Part shown: one piece after another, positions 36,802 to 51,335 of the stretch
Layout of the letters: every line of letters begins with the position of its first letter
How positions within the stretch are numbered: the first letter of the stretch is position 1
NCBI GenBank assembly: GCA_000182565.2
Contig: KQ257454.1
Source of the DNA: Spizellomyces punctatus DAOM BR117
Lineage: Eukaryota
Strand: one strand, 5' to 3'
DNA: 64,000 bases
Program-made: the position numbers and the translations under genes
Notes under the pieces: model-generated
Seen by the model: the letters and a program-made list of their open reading frames with translations, nothing else
What the model was told of the DNA's origin: nothing
Databases searched by the model: none

Positions 36802-38115
36802 TTACACCACAAACATTGCCGGATTCATTTTTAATTTACATAAACGAGCAATCAACCCTGACAACTGCACGAGCGTCTGCGTTCCTTCCAAAATCTTCAT
36901 GTGCGTCAATCCTATCTCCTAAATCGGACGACAAAAGGCGTAATTAGCATCGCAGAGAAGAAAACATAACGGCGTTACCTCACACCTTGATAAACTCCAA
37001 CTTTATATACTCTTCCATATCAAATGTTTTGACAACTCTGAACAACGTCGAAATGATATCCACAGCCGAGTACCCTTGCATCCACAATGTCCTCACTTTA
37101 TCCAGCGCTCCATCAACCTGCGCTCCCACACAAGCCTCAACCAGCTGCTTGACTAGCACTGGATGCGGTTGGTCGCACACCTTGAATACATGCTCAGGAG
37201 TCACAATACCAAATCCAGACGATGTTGCTTGAAGATTATTGATCGCCTGTCTCATATCTCCGTCACTCGTGAATATGATAGCCTCTAGACCTTCAGGAGT
37301 GAACTTGACCTTCTCAGCATCACATATCTCGGTGAGACGTTTAAGGATTTGGTAGTCGGAGAGGCGGGTGTAGCGCAGGATGGCACAGCGGGATTGAATG
37401 GGTTCGATGATTTTGGAGGACATATTACATGCAAGCGCGAAGCGTGTGGTTGAGGAGTAGATTTCCATTGTTCGTCGGAGGGCTTGTTGGGCTCCCGCGG
37501 TCATGGAATCTGCTTCGTCGAGGATGATGATTTTATGGCGGGAAGCGGGAAGTGAAACTTTCTTCTGGGCAAACATTTTGATTCGGTTGCGGACAACATC
37601 AATGCCTCTATGGCATGTTTTTAAGTCGTCATCAAAAATGAGGATAGGATGTGAGTTTCTTACCGATCGTCTGAAGCGTTGAGTTCAAGGACGGCCTCTT
37701 TCTGGAGAGGACCCAGTAGCTCGTTTGCGAGGCAAAGAATGGATGTTGTTTTACCTATTCCGGGAGGACCCTGTCGACATTTTCGTGCGTGTTAAGTCTT
37801 CCCGGACTGGAATTGATAATGGAGCGGGCGACGAGAAAAAACATACAGAAATGATAATATTTGGCATGTTCCCCTCCTGTCCAATAACCTGCAATCTGGA
37901 TACTGTTTCCTCGTTTCCGACAATATCCTTAAGGAGTACCGGTCGATATTTTTCTACCCTAAACAGACATGTTTGAGGACACAATCGTCCAAAGGACACG
38001 GACAAAACGCTACCAACCAAGGCAATTCATAGTCGTCGGCATTCCCTTTCAAATCAGAGCCATTAGCAGCTGACGTTGAAGCCCCTTGCTCTGGTGTTTC
38101 GCTCGTCGTCGTCAT
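36802..38115 (-). CDS. RFC4: Replication factor C small subunit (yeast Rfc4 / human RFC2)
   Basis: [60 protein letters not shown]. Confidence 0.95.
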
Positions 38116-38624
38116 TGTGAGTGCAGGATCCAGTCGTGATGATCTATCGAGTGCTGGAATCCCAGAGGTTCCGTTCGGACGTTGTTGGTATGACAACCTG
38201 ATGTGACCGTGTTTGGAGGCGATAAATGTAACTTTACCCAGGTCGGTCTGCCTCCTTTGCTATTCTTTTTTTATCGTAACGACCGCCATTTTTCTAATAT
38301 CTTTTCGCAAGACATTCGTTTTGAAGAACGTCTATTGAATGCATATATCCCTCCAAGGAAGCCGCTTTTTACCATGTATTGGCACTCGGATTGCCAAAGT
38401 CAACTAAATAACACTATCAGATAAATAATAACTGATTCAAGGAGCTATTCAGAGTTGCCTGCAAAGCTGTTCTACTTGAAAATCCTTTCATTTTTCAAGA
38501 TATCGAAGAAAGCAAGTTGGACATTGACCATATAGCTAAATTACATGACTGTGCCATCCCAATATTTTTGGTGAATAAAGTCAGGTCAAGATCGCTTCTT
38601 ACAGTTTGGCAGCCGGGTGAAAAC

Positions 38625-40604
38625 ATGGTGGAAATGGCAGAGAAAATGGAAGTTGACACTCCAGAAACAACACAGAGCGAGACACCTGAAGGGGTGCCCA
38701 ACTTGCCATCAGCTTTAGATATACCGGATATCGTCGACGACGGCGCCATAATTGCAGAAAACTCGTGGGCGATTGTACAAATGCCAAGCGACAATACCAA
38801 GCTTGTTCAGTTCAAAGCAAATAGGTTTGTTTGATTGTACAGAAAAACAATAGAATACTTCTGGTAGGTATCTAATTGTTCCTTCCTGTCTGCCAGTGTC
38901 GTCAATCTTGGCAAATTTGGAAGCTTTCATGCGAAGGACTTGTTTGGATATCCTTTCGATATGCCCTACGAGGTCTACGGCGACAAACAAGTGAGACCTG
39001 CCTCGATGAATATATACGCCTTGGACGCTTTTGGTAAACCTGTGATGACTGATTCCGAAAGTTGACAAATGGCTGAACTTGGAACTTCAGATCTGGAAAC
39101 TGAGGAGGGAACCACCAACAAGGACTTGGTCGATCGCAGAGAAGCCCAGAAGCTCTCGCAAGTGGAAATTGAACAGATGAAAGCGGATAGTTTGAAGGGC
39201 CAGGTTCCAGTTGAGGTAAAGCTTTATTGCCCGACGCTTTTACATGGTCATGCATTGTTGAAAGGCGACCCGTCATCGTTGATCTGTAGAACTTGATCAA
39301 GACTATTGTGGAGAACAGTGAAACATTTGACAAAAAGACTGAGTTCTCCAAAGCAAAGTACATCAAGCGAAAGCAGAAAAAGTAAGGATTGCCGCTGAAT
39401 TCCAAGGGAAACAGTTGGACTTACTCAACGTCTTTGTTATCCACCCAGATTTTCCAAAGTATTCACACCGAGACGACCGAGCGCCCGAGGTCTTTGTGAA
39501 CATTTCTTCAAAGACAACCCGAGAAGAATATGGTAACACTTGCATTCTGTTAAAGCATAAATCGCCGATATTCCGAGCAACTAATTTCCTGGTCTCTAGC
39601 GAACTTCGTGTCGATACCCTATCGCAAATTCTCACTACGGGCAACGTTCGTTCTGGGGCACGATACCTAATTGTCGACGAGGCGGGAGGACTCCTTACCT
39701 GTGCGCTCGTGGAGCGCATGCAAGGACGGGGCGAAATCCTGCAGTTGCACGATCACGAAACGAATAATGTCGACCTAATAAAACACCTAAACTTGCCACC
39801 GTCGATACATAACGTTCTAAAGAGTTTACCTTGGACGCGACTGACGCCAAACGATGATGAAGGTGGATAATTCTGGAAAACCAGAGAAAGCGGTCGGATT
39901 GTCACTGACCGGTTCTCTGATCACAGATATGGAAAATATGTTAATACGCACTACCGATGAAACAAGACTAGACAGACTCCGACACAGAATACTTACGACC
40001 AGAGCAAAACGCGCTTTGTTATACGCCGGTGGATTCGATGGGTAGGCGCAAAAATTAGCCCCACAGTATTCAGTTTCTGATGCTCCACTGTAGATTGTTT
40101 ATCATCTCCCAGTATGATATTAAAGAGATTATAGAAACTCTGTCACCCTATCTGGCTGGATCGAGACCAGTAGTGGTATATTCACCATACAAAGAGGTAA
40201 GGAATGGGTGCCTTCAACTACCGGCTAATTGCTTTGACTAAACATAACGTTTGTCGCACAGACTATGCTGGAGTCGTTTTTGCATTTGCGAAACAGCAGA
40301 GACTTTGTCAACGCGCAGCTGACAGAGAGTTGGATTCGGGAGTACCAGGTTCGTCATATTTTGAATTTTGGCCGAGGACACTACGTTTTGCTGAAAGTCC
40401 ACCATTCTATAGCTTCCAACTGCAGCATCTGGAACACATCCGCTAATGAGAATGTCCGGGTCTGGGGGTTATATTTTGAGTGCAATACGTGTAATTGACT
40501 GTGAAACCCATGCTGCTACTGCGAGGCGGGTCCGTGTGAAGAACGGGAAGGTCGCAGAGGTAAAATCGACAGGAGAAGAAGGAGTTGAGCAAGAGCATGC
40601 ATAG
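38625..40604 (+). CDS. TRM6: tRNA m1A58 methyltransferase non-catalytic subunit Trm6/Gcd10
   Basis: AQKLSQVEIEQMK; SETFDKKTEFSKAKY; LRVDTLSQILTTGNV; LVERMQG; LTESWIREYQ|LP..GTHPLM..SGSGGYILS. Confidence 0.92.
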
Positions 40605-40741
40605 GACGGAGACTTAGAGATTCATTTATTTATTTTGATACTGTTCATGTGAAGGCGTGACAATAAAGATGCCCTTCTCATCGTTTCTAGGGAATTAAAA
40701 ATCATCCGAAAAAAGGGTAGTCCGGGAACTAGACTATGCGT

Positions 40742-42098
40742 CTACACGAGCCTCTCTGGGCTCGTTTGAACACTGGTTGTTGGGGCGTCTGTCCCGTTCG
40801 ACCCATTTGCGCCATCAGCATTGGCCTGCTGCGACATTTCCGGCTCACTCCGGACCTTCATCACCTCCATCTTGGTTATATCCCCCAGCCAATCAAAGGC
40901 CTTGCCCCATTTTCCGAAATGCTTTGTGGGCTCTTGGCTTCGGTGCCAATGGTACATGTAGTACTCCGAACAGCCGATCAGCAGCCCACCGCCAATAATG
41001 TTTCCCAACATTACACCGGAAATATTTCTGGCAAACTTGCCTACCGTGACGTCCGCCCCATACATCCAGCCAATCGAGATGAAATACATATTCGCCACGC
41101 AGTGCTCCCATCCTGTTGCGGCGAAGGTCATGATTGGCAGATAGAGCCCAATAATCTTGCCGGTAAGATCTCGCGCTGCTAGACCAAGGAAAACCGCTAG
41201 ACAGACGAGAGCATTTGCGGGAATACCCATCAACAAGGCCTTCCAAAATGGAAGATTGGCCTTACGTGTCGCAACAGAAACAACGTATGAGTGGTAGGGT
41301 TCCGCCTCGAACATCTCTGGCAGGTACCCAAGGAGGTATGCAAAAAATGCGCATGCTGCGAAATTGGAGAAAAAGACCAAGGTCCAGTTTAGGAGTACTT
41401 CTCGTTTTCTCACTCGTCCGTTCAGCCAGGCTACGATCATGATCATTGTGTTTCCGGTGAAGAGTTCGCCTCCAAAGATTACTAAAAAATGTCTGAGCCA
41501 TGGGATGAACATTGCAATCAAAATGTTTTGCAAATTACCTATAAAAACAATTCCGATGGGAAAAGTGATTCCAATCAGCAGCTTGGGAATAACAGGCCAT
41601 GATGCGCGGATGTCGATGGGAACACCACCTACAACTTGCTGAGCAAAAAGGCCAGCGAACGAAACCCATGTTCCTGCCAGGAACCCTAGAAACAGGATTT
41701 TATCTATTGGAGAGTGCGATTTGCGATATCCAAGAGATGTGACAACAGCTTCGAGCTCGGCACCGGTGTTATAGTCCCTTGGAAGGCCTGATGCAAAGCT
41801 TTAATTATTTGTGCTGGTGGTTAATTTTGATGATTTAATCCATACCGTCGCCTTGACTGCCCCTGCGACTATCTACAAGCGACTGCCTCTTCCCCAGCAT
41901 CCGTACGCTAGACCCTTGAGGCGCATCAATAGCAATCGTTGCTCGTCGCTCAAGACCTGTCCGTCTATCTCTTGCTATGGCCTCTGTTACAAACGTCTCT
42001 ATTGGGGCCGCATACGTGGGTTGTGTGGCTGGATGACTGATAACGGCGACAGTTTCTGGTCGTGGTCTTGCCAATTGCTCTCCTGGTTCCGTTGTCAT
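40742..42098 (-). CDS. Formate/nitrite transporter (FNT family)
   Basis: GGELFTGNTM; NWTLVFFSNF; GIPANALVCLA; FAATGWEHCVANMY; LGNIIGG. Confidence 0.93.
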
Positions 42099-43009
42099 CT
42101 TTAGTATAATCGGAGCTGTAGAAAGGGCGCGAGGAAAAACTCAAGCTTTTAAAGTTGAGCCAGACCAATGTTGAGTCATACTGAGAACAATTGAAGAAAC
42201 GCGGGTCAATATCTGGTCTAGAGCATATGCGGTCTCGTCTTTAAAAGATGATGATAGTGTGTTGAATGCAGCGGTGATATTGCAAGGGGATCAAGGCTCA
42301 TGTGCTATCGAGAGGCTGCTAGGGAATGAAAGCGCTATATTTCATTTAATAGGTTTTTCAAGTCGTTGGTGCAGCATCTTAGGTTACGGTAAGATGATCC
42401 ACTCGGGAGACATTTTGCACTGGCAAGGCTGACTTGGGGGGCGCATCACTTCCGATACAAATGTATAAGGTGGCCATGGCTATCTTGCCGCATCCTTTAC
42501 TTTCAAATGACGTCTGTTTCCAAACATGGCACACACTCAGGAACGTGCTTGGCCTCTTTGCCAGGCAGCAGCTTGTGACAGCAGGGCCTGCCGATTCCCT
42601 TTTGATGTTGATAGGTTAAGACCATGCAGGACTGGATGTGCAGATGATATATGATCGCACGCAGTGGATTCGCCCAGAGGATGATGGCTAGCGTCCCACG
42701 CCCAGCACTGTGGCAGTTTATAGAGTTGCTGTAAGAATCATTGCAAGACAAGATGAAGGATGGTACATTGTAGATGCCCAGAGCGAGAACAAAAGCAGTT
42801 GTAGTCGGGGCATCAGAGACATTGCTACATGCTTTTTCAATTCTCTGCACAATAAAGAGCATACATATTACGTGCAGGGCCCTGAAGAAGGACGTCTTGC
42901 ACTTGATTCGCGAAATCGACAGCAAAAGGATGAACAGCCAGAAGCCAGTCATGTGATACAGATCGACTTTTACAGACGAGTCTTCTACTCGTAACGGACA
43001 TTAATCACC

Positions 43010-44042
43010 ATGACCTCCACATCGCAGCCCACTGTAGCCTCACCTGTTACATCCTCCACACCACGTCCGGCGATCAAGGCCACGGCAACGCCCCATACCC
43101 GTCTCCAAGTCTACGTCCTTCCAACCCTCAGGAACAAATATGTCTTCCACGCACGCTTCCTCAAGCCAAGATCACGAGTAGAATATTTTGCACTAGTGAC
43201 TGCATACATATTTCGGAAATGGCGGTATCAACTATCCGATGCATGCGCCTTTGCGTGGCACGGAGTGGGTCACTGGGCAGGATCGCGGACTGGTGTATTA
43301 CCATCGGTTGGGCGTGGAATATGGTGGGCGGGGAACCGAATGACGACACGAAGAGCGGCAGATGAGTACTTTTTGAAGAGTGTACCCAAGATTACGGAGC
43401 ATGTGAGTTTGGGTCGAAGATGATTGAGATGCGAACGATGGCCATACTGACAAATTTATTTCTGTGGCAATTAGATCGAGTTTGTGTACCCTGCAAGCGC
43501 TAATGCAAAGCTGATCAAGAACCAGCTTGGAGAATTTCTGGCCAGTATGTATCTATGTGGCTCCAAGACATGAGCTTTGAAGCATTGTTCTCATCTCTTG
43601 ATCTCGCAACCCATCAGATAGCGACCGTCACCGCTCCAAGCTGTTCCTTTGGGCTCTAGTCCTTCCTGTCGACCTTTACCTAGCAAAGTTCCACTTGGCA
43701 ATCGCCAACATTCTCTTCTCCTACAACATTTTTCGACTAAATGCATCATGGCGATCTATGCATGGGTCGAGGACACTCCAAAAATTGCTCGATTCAAAGG
43801 CGGTAACATGGACTGCTAGCAAAGAGTTGGACGAGATGATCCAACGCATCAGTGGTGAAGTGACCCAGCAGATAGAGCGGGAAGTCGGCTCCCAAGGCCG
43901 GGTGTGGCGGTGGCGCCCAGATGGAGATTTACATGATGACGTTGTAGAAAAACTCGAGAGAGATTTGAAGATGGCTGAACTCGGCCGGACGTACAGAAGA
44001 ACTCGATTGCAGTATTATATACATGAAGGCAAGGAATGGTAG
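43010..44042 (+). CDS. Mitochondrial K+/H+ exchange-related (Mit_KHE1/YDL183C-like) protein
   Basis: ADEYFLKSVP..IEFVYP..; ANILFSYNIFRLNASWRSMHGSRTLQKLL resembles the recalled family motif. Confidence 0.65.
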
Positions 44043-44632
44043 AAGCTTTACATGGATAGCAAAACGATAGATGATAGAAAACCCGCGGCTTTCATGTCTG
44101 GCGTAGGTAGCATACATATATAAAAACAACGATGAATTATCATGAAACACATCCACCTCCCTCAATCCTTCGGGTAACATCTCCGCTTGTCTTTCCTTTG
44201 TCATCAATGGATCTCTTCCCAATTTCCCAACACAAGCATCCTATTCAATTCCAAAATTCTGGCCCCGGAATGGAATACACTTCTACGTTTGTACGCCTTC
44301 GCCTCGGATACGGACTCGATCACTAGTTGAAGCTAAATCAAGGTGTGTGTCACAACATGATCGGCGAACGATGAAATTACAATGAATATGGTGCATACCT
44401 GACACCGTTCAAGTTCTTTTAACAAGATGCGAAAGACTGCACGGAGACGGACCCAGCCTGGTCGTAGTTAAGAGCTATCCGGTGAACTGTGTGGGCTGAC
44501 AGGTCGCACGTTGAGCTCGTCAGATTTGCCGTGACAGCAACAAAAGAAAAGGAAAATACAAGGTGAGTGCTGGCCAAGCGGTCGAGTGACAAATGAGCGC
44601 TAAAACAGCGTTTAGGGAAAGCGGGCGATTAT

Positions 44633-45182
44633 TGAGAGCATGCTCAACCATCGCCCGCTTTCCCTCAACTTTCTCATGAATGAGACGACGGTTTGACATC
44701 CTGTAGAGAAAGCATGCTGGCACGACGCAGGACTGGCGCTTTGGGAATGTATACCTGCCTGCACCGACAAGGTAAAGGTCCAAAACACTGGCCGTGATTA
44801 TCGCTGCCCGATCTACAAGCTAGGTCAAAACCGCAACCGGAGTAGGCCTTGAATGAAATGGTGCACCGACATCCAAAGGAATCCCCCAGCTATGGATGTA
44901 ACATCCATCATCTCGACGAATTCACCACGTGCAGGATGACTGCCTTGACCTCACCAGGGAATCCACGCAAGGAGTGGGATGACTTGCTTTGGGAGGTCAA
45001 AGCAAGTCACCCCAATCCTCGCGGCCACCTGCTGGAGTATGAATGTTGTTGCGAGTTGCGACAGCAACATCTGGCGCGGAAATGGCCAGGTCATCCCATC
45101 TGCCAGACCACCCACATCCGAAGAGGCTCCTAATCACCCAATGAACTCATCATATTCTTTGTGTGCAATACAGTACTTACCA
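44633..45182 (-). pseudogene. Decayed paralog of the 13026-13662 relic
   Basis: Reverse-complement similarity to 13026-13662 without the 82-bp MITE. Confidence 0.65.
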
Positions 45183-45584
45183 GATGAAAGCCATCGGCGA
45201 AGCTGGATAGATGAATGGTGGGCAGAAGCACCGTGGGAAGAAACGCGCGCAACAACGCGAAGCAGGACGCAAGGGCCACTTAGTCCCGTGACAACTCAAA
45301 TCACCAGACAAATGGAGTACATGTAATCTAGGTGGATAACGCTTTCTCTCCAGTGTATAGAACGACAATGGACGTTACATGAAGAGAATAGCGGAAATCT
45401 TTAGGTAGCAACGTGCCATATCAAAGGTTTGATGCATACATAAGATAGTGACATTATGGATAACTGGTGGTATCGTGGTCGGTTGAAAACCAGTGGTTTT
45501 CTTTACATTAGAATCCTGGTCAGATTTTGCTCTGGGATTAACATCATTGCAAATATCATTAAAACATGTGAGCAATACTGTAAG

Positions 45585-45669
45585 TCCCAGATAGTATAAT
45601 GGTTAGTATCTCCCCCTGTCAAACCTTGATAGTTCGGGGAAGATCGGGGTTCGATTCCCCGTCTGGGAG
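45585..45669 (+). tRNA. tRNA-Asp(GTC) with 13-nt intron (45622-45634)
   Basis: TCCCAGA acceptor stem pairs with TCTGGGA; D arm TAGTATAATGGTTAGTA; anticodon stem TCCCC/GGGGA with loop CT-GTC-A|C; T loop GGTTCGATTCC; T-run terminator at ~45690. Confidence 0.95.
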
Positions 45670-46023
45670 TCCCACCACCGTATGATCTGCTTTTTTTTTT
45701 CATAATTTCATCAGGGCTGATCCAGTAGCAGGAAACTTTTCGTGTCCATAAATTTCTTACTGGCGATGCTGCGGTACAGAGAGAATAATCATAGTTGGAC
45801 GTAAGCAATAGAGAAACCTGCTAAGGCTGGTTTTGGAATGTACAAGGACGACAGGCACAGAACGAGCTCAATTTGATCGACCCAATTTCTAGATGAACTC
45901 AAAAACAACTATTCCAAAGCAAGTAACTGTTTTGCGAAAAAGGCCTTTTTGACAGGACACCTAGTACAACGCAGCGCTCTAACCTAACATGCCCAACCCA
46001 TGCTCACCGCTCCAGCTCGCGAA

Positions 46024-46939
46024 TCACAGCTCCAAACCTGGCGCATCCTCATCTGAAAATGACCCTACAGAACTCATATCATCCTCGGACCCACTCTCAT
46101 CCGTTGCTGCATCGGCAGCTTCCTTGGTTGCATATCGGGAAACGTATTCTGCGCACAACAAGTTGGCGATAATCCGCAGCTGGAGAAACAGGTCTGATCT
46201 TACCTTTGACTTTGGCTTCATAGCCGGTAGGTTCACGCATCAACAAGGCCGCTGCTTCACCGTTGAGGGGATCTGTGGGGTTTGGGTAACGAAGGAGTTG
46301 TGGGAGGAAGACTTCAAAAATATTGATCATGTCTATGTATATCATGGAATATCAATATATATCCGAGAGACCGCCGGCCACACAAAGAATACATACCAAA
46401 CATTGGGGACCATGTTTGATTGATTACGTCCAAGCACACTGATCCGCTCCTTCCCATACATATTCCATAAGTACTGAAAGCCAATCTCCGCAGCCTTCTG
46501 TAAAACAATCTCACACTCACAGTTCATCAATGTTCGGGTGAAATATCTTGTTCATAAAGCCAATTGACGGCGACTTGTACGGATACTGATCAGGAAGTTC
46601 CACGTGAACTTTCCATACGCCACCAGTGAAAGGAGCTTTTCATAGCGTCAGTGAGAATCGATGGCGGATGACGCTAGGATCAAGTGGACATACTATCTTT
46701 TGGACCATGAAATCGGACGTAAAACTCTATCATAGGCTCAGCAGTGGGTACATGATTTTACACTATTCTTTAACGATTACGAGATACCTTGCATGTTATC
46801 ATTCACAAGGGTCACCTCATAGTCACTCATCAACCTGTTCCGCAGCCAGCAAGTCAGTAAAGTTCGCCGCAGAAAAACAGTTTGGGTTAACCTACAATTT
46901 CATAACATCGGTTTCTATCCGTCTCCTGGGGGACGACAT
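46024..46939 (-). CDS. UBC8: Ubiquitin-conjugating enzyme E2 (Ubc8/UBE2H)
   Basis: [79 protein letters not shown]. Confidence 0.96.
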
Positions 46940-47474
46940 GATTGTCCGCTTTTCTTGAGTTTCTTTATGAATTCAGTAGCTTTGGGTTGTCCGGTGAGGC
47001 GATTGATCAAAATACAAGCAATTGTCGAGCGCCTGATCCTCGGGTATAGTAGCGAATTGTGCGGAAGTATGCCACCTCTCTGCAGCCAAGAACCGTTGTG
47101 GTATATCTACCTCGTATATGTCGTGCTGGACAGTTTCAAACAAATGTCAAAAGGATCGTTGTAGGAAAACCAAATGAGAGGTGTCTTCAAAGAAGGATGG
47201 TCGCCGCAGCCCGCGTGATTGAGTAATACTAGTCATGACGTTGCGTGATATTGTTGACATGGCAACGATTAGAGTTATTGAAAGTAGGTCAAATCTTATC
47301 GCCCATCATTATCGTGACAATTTTGACATGGTTTCCTTGCTATCAACTTAAGAATAAAAAGTGTTCCTTTCCGGCATCTATAACCAGGGTTATCCGACTT
47401 TTCTTATTACTTCAAATTGAGATTTATGCAGATTGAATAACTAATAGACCTGTCCAACACGTCGGGTGGTCGTC

Positions 47475-49581
47475 CTAAAATTCAAACTCATCTTTAAATA
47501 AAGATACATCCTGACCCGTGTGTGCTTTCTCCGCCAGATCACGTCGGTCCATCTGGTCATTTTCACATTGTTAACAAAGCTGGAAAATAATTCAACCTCA
47601 AATATACTTACCAGTATAAATGCTCGTCGCAAAGTTTCCCATAAATTTCCCGAAACATTCTCTCCACCTCCCTGGTCTCCAACGACATGCATCGATAATG
47701 CACCCAACAGATGCTCCACAGCCTCCTTGTAACACCCAACGTTGATGCAACTGACACCTAGGTTATACCGCCCTCGGACAAACCTCGGTTTCAATTCCAA
47801 CGCCTTGTAATAGGCATCGATAGCTTCTTCCGACCGTCCCGAGTTTGCCAATGTTGCGCCCAAGCGATTCCAGAGTAGATAGTCGTTGGGACGCAGAGAA
47901 AGTGCCGATGTGAAGCAGTCTATAGCCTTGGTAAAGTCGGAGGAGTTGTAAAAGAGGACACCGAGTCCAATTTGGATGTCGGGGTCGATTTCGGCTGTGG
48001 TAGGGGTTTGAGAGGCTGACGGACCTTGTCGGGCGGCTTCCAGGAAGAGGTTGGTAACATGTGTGTGAAGGATTTCCTTGTCGGTGTAGGACGTAGCAGG
48101 TTGCATCGACGCGATGCTTGGATACTGGGTTTTAAGCCAACGTTCGAGTGTCGCGTATGCTTCTATTTCCTGACCTTCGTTGGTGTAGCTCACCGCAAGA
48201 GCCTGCACAAAGACTTAGTAATCTTTGTCGATTCGACACATGATGTATATATCACTCACCATTAAAGCTTTCAGATTTGTTGGATCTGTTTGCACACTTC
48301 TCTGCAATGCAGCAATTGCAGGCCCCTCCTTCTCGTTCTCTGCTTGTGTAATACCCAAAAGCGCCCACCCCTCCGAATTGTCTGGGTCACGCTGGACGGC
48401 CGCCTCAAAGGCCAAAGCAGCCGCCGACAGACTACCTCCTGCATCCAGAATCCGCTGTCCCTCCGCCATGGGATCCGCATGACTGAGATAGGGATTGTTC
48501 GACTCAAAAACGTACGGAGCGCATGGAGCGGTGACTGGATCTGGGTCAGTAACCTCATCCTGTCCCCAAGCGTCACTTGCATTTGAAATTTGGAAATCTT
48601 CGTACTCTGATTCCCAGTCCTTGACCGCGTCGGTCCCCAGATCATACTGTTGAAACAACTTTCCAAGCTTATCCATGTCAGGATCCTGATTGAACCGCTT
48701 TGCAAACTCTTCTTCCCAGGCGATCTCATCATTTCCCAATGCAGGTGCTTTTCCTTTCCCCTTTATAAGTGTATCGTGAACAGCTGCAAATTCTCGCGAA
48801 AAGGCATCTTCCAGCGCGGCATGGTGTTGTTGTGAAAATGCTCGTTCAAACACCTCATTTTCGGCCAGAGGCGCACCTTGGACGAATTCGTTGGCCCACC
48901 CTGATTCTGGAGCGTGCTGCAAAGCACGGTTGAAAGCAGCTTCAAAGCCAGCATCGCCTCCACCGCCATGGATATGTTGAAAGCTTTCAAAATCGGCAGC
49001 CCAATCTGAATGAGGAACTTGTGTAAATGATAGGTCATATGGCAATACTGCAATACTGCAAGACTAGCACGGGTAACAAGGGCGCCATGCACGCATGTCT
49101 GCAAACGACGAGTCTTTCTCATATGGAGTAGACTATGGTGCAAGGACGCACCGTTCTCATGTAGAGCAGCACGGCCATGTCATACAGATCTTGCTGTTGT
49201 CACTCGTCAACTCACCCGTAGGGCCGATTCTCCCCAGTTCACTCTCCAGATTTGGGACAACTCCGAATAATCTTTGATCATGAACGTGCTCCCTTCCTCC
49301 CCCGTTCAGGAACTCGTCCACAAACTCTTTTTCATCAAATTCTACTCTTCCCCTCGCTAACCTCGGATGGAACTGCTCATGAGTCTCTTCTGGTCGGAAA
49401 ACGTCCTAATGAATGACAGCAACAAGAACGTCAAGATCCCTTCTACATAAACAAAACAAGCTTTCATATAACAAACCTGCTCTACCGCGTGGTTTCTATC
49501 CAATTGCTTTACAAACTGTGAGATAGAGTTTCCGCCGGAACACTCTGCACCGCTCCCGACGAGAGCTTGGAGTCCTGACAT
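47475..49581 (-). CDS. PEX5: Peroxisomal PTS1 receptor Pex5
   Basis: N-terminal GAECSGGN; WxxxF/Y repeats (WAADF, WANEF, WEEEF, WESEY); TPRs LLWNRLGATLANSGRSEEAIDAY, RYNLGVSCIN. Confidence 0.96.
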
Positions 49582-49964
49582 TCTGGCCTTAGTGGACAAA
49601 GAATGCCAACAACAAGTGCCAACAGCTGCAGTATGGCAGGTGCGATCATTTAACCGAGCTGCGAGTGCATCACATGACACCACACTAGCATGCAGTGGAA
49701 TGCACTTGAACGTACGCTGCAGGTTCCAGCCTGTCCACGTGGTGTAAGAAACGCAACCAACTGGTGACACAGTCATATATGGTTGGAATTACAACTACAA
49801 TTGGATTGATGGTTACTTCAATTGATAATTGTATCACACATGACAAGGTTTTGAATCGGAGGGGGAGAAGGACCATCGACAAAAGACAAGGAGCGCAGTT
49901 TGCCTTCCTTGCGTTTTTCCTTTTCATTCTTCTTGATCTTTTATCAACGTTCTGCTTTCCAACG

Positions 49965-51335
49965 ATGGTATTTGTTGCAACACTCACACCTGCACACTCG
50001 CATCATTCTCCCTTCCCGTCTGCTCCTGCTGCTATTTCTCCTGTTCAAACTCCTGCCACTTGCATTCCACGTCGCAGTAGAACATTCTCGTATCCACTGC
50101 ACCAAGACATATCGGCTGCAACAACCACACCTGCCACACCTGCGACGACAACAACAACAGCAACTGCTGCTGCAACAAAAAGACCTACCACAAAGCGAAC
50201 TCGCTCCAAACCAACACCGCATTTCGATCACCCGTGGTGGAAAGGGCCAGCTGCTACCCAACTCACCACAGTAGAAGAGATAATAGAACCAGATACAAGT
50301 AGATCTCTTAACCATCATCCAGCTCGAAGACACAGCGCGGGACAAGTTCTTCACATGGACGCGACGTACCCTGGCGCCAAAACTTCAAAAACAATATCGG
50401 AGCCTCTAGCACACCATACACCTCGTTGGAAACGACCGAGCATCAGTGACGCTTTTCCGACAACCGCCCCAGCAGCGGAAACGAAAGCTGCCCCGACGAC
50501 AGAATGTGTGGGACCGTATGTTGTTCTCAAAACGCTTGGCTCAGGCGCCTTTTCCCACGTGAAGCTCGCTGTGCACTCTCGTGATGGTAAACGCGTTGCG
50601 ATCAAGATGCTCGAGAAACACACTCCGAATTCTCTTCACTCTCCGCACCAAGCCTCAAACGAAGCTTCCATTATTGCATCCCTGCATCATCCTCACATTG
50701 TTCGACTACTCGATACGATTGAAACGCCTTCACATAATTGTTTGATACTCGAATACGTGCCTGGTGGGGAGTTGTACGACCTGATCAGCGACCATCCAAA
50801 CATGTTGACGGAAGATACCATCCGCCGGATATTTCGCGAACTCGTCCAAACAGTTAAATACCTCCACACCAACAATGTCTGCCATCGCGATCTGAAGATT
50901 GAAAATGTGTTGTTAGACTCATCTCAAAACATTAAACTAACCGATTTCGGACTGGCCAAGCGCTTCAATCCCCATATTCCCCTGACGACTCGCTGCGGTA
51001 GTGAAGAATATGCTGCACCTGAACTCGTCCAAGCTCAACCGTATGATGGACGAAAAACCGATATCTGGGCGCTGGGTATCATCTTGTTTGCCCTGCTGAC
51101 TGGTGAACTACCCTTCTCGGTGCGACCTGGTGAACGTCCTCGAGGCATGTTTCACAGAATTGCCCGAGGGGACTTCAAGTTTCCGAATTCACCTGGTGTG
51201 AGCGACTCGGCCAAAGATTTGGTCAAGAGAATATTGACACCGAATCCAAAAAAGCGAGCGACATTGGATGAGATTTTGAGGCATCCTTGGATGGCGGAAA
51301 AGGAAGTGGCAAACACTGGTGCGCTCGAACGCTAG
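49965..51335 (+). CDS. Ser/Thr protein kinase, CAMK/CAMKL-like, intronless
   Basis: LGSGAFSHVK; VAIK; HRDLKIEN; DFG; TRCGSEEYAAPE; DIWALG. Confidence 0.93.
   Translation: MVFVATLTPAHSHHSPFPSAPAAISPVQTPATCIPRRSRTFSYPLHQDISAATTTPATPATTTTTATAAATKRPTTKRTRSKPTPHFDHPWWKGPAATQLTTVEEIIEPDTSRSLNHHPARRHSAGQVLHMDATYPGAKTSKTISEPLAHHTPRWKRPSISDAFPTTAPAAETKAAPTTECVGPYVVLKTLGSGAFSHVKLAVHSRDGKRVAIKMLEKHTPNSLHSPHQASNEASIIASLHHPHIVRLLDTIETPSHNCLILEYVPGGELYDLISDHPNMLTEDTIRRIFRELVQTVKYLHTNNVCHRDLKIENVLLDSSQNIKLTDFGLAKRFNPHIPLTTRCGSEEYAAPELVQAQPYDGRKTDIWALGIILFALLTGELPFSVRPGERPRGMFHRIARGDFKFPNSPGVSDSAKDLVKRILTPNPKKRATLDEILRHPWMAEKEVANTGALER

Noticed and set aside
42430..42994. Small ORFs between the FNT and Mit_KHE1-like genes
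   Set aside because: No coherent spliced frame or motif found.
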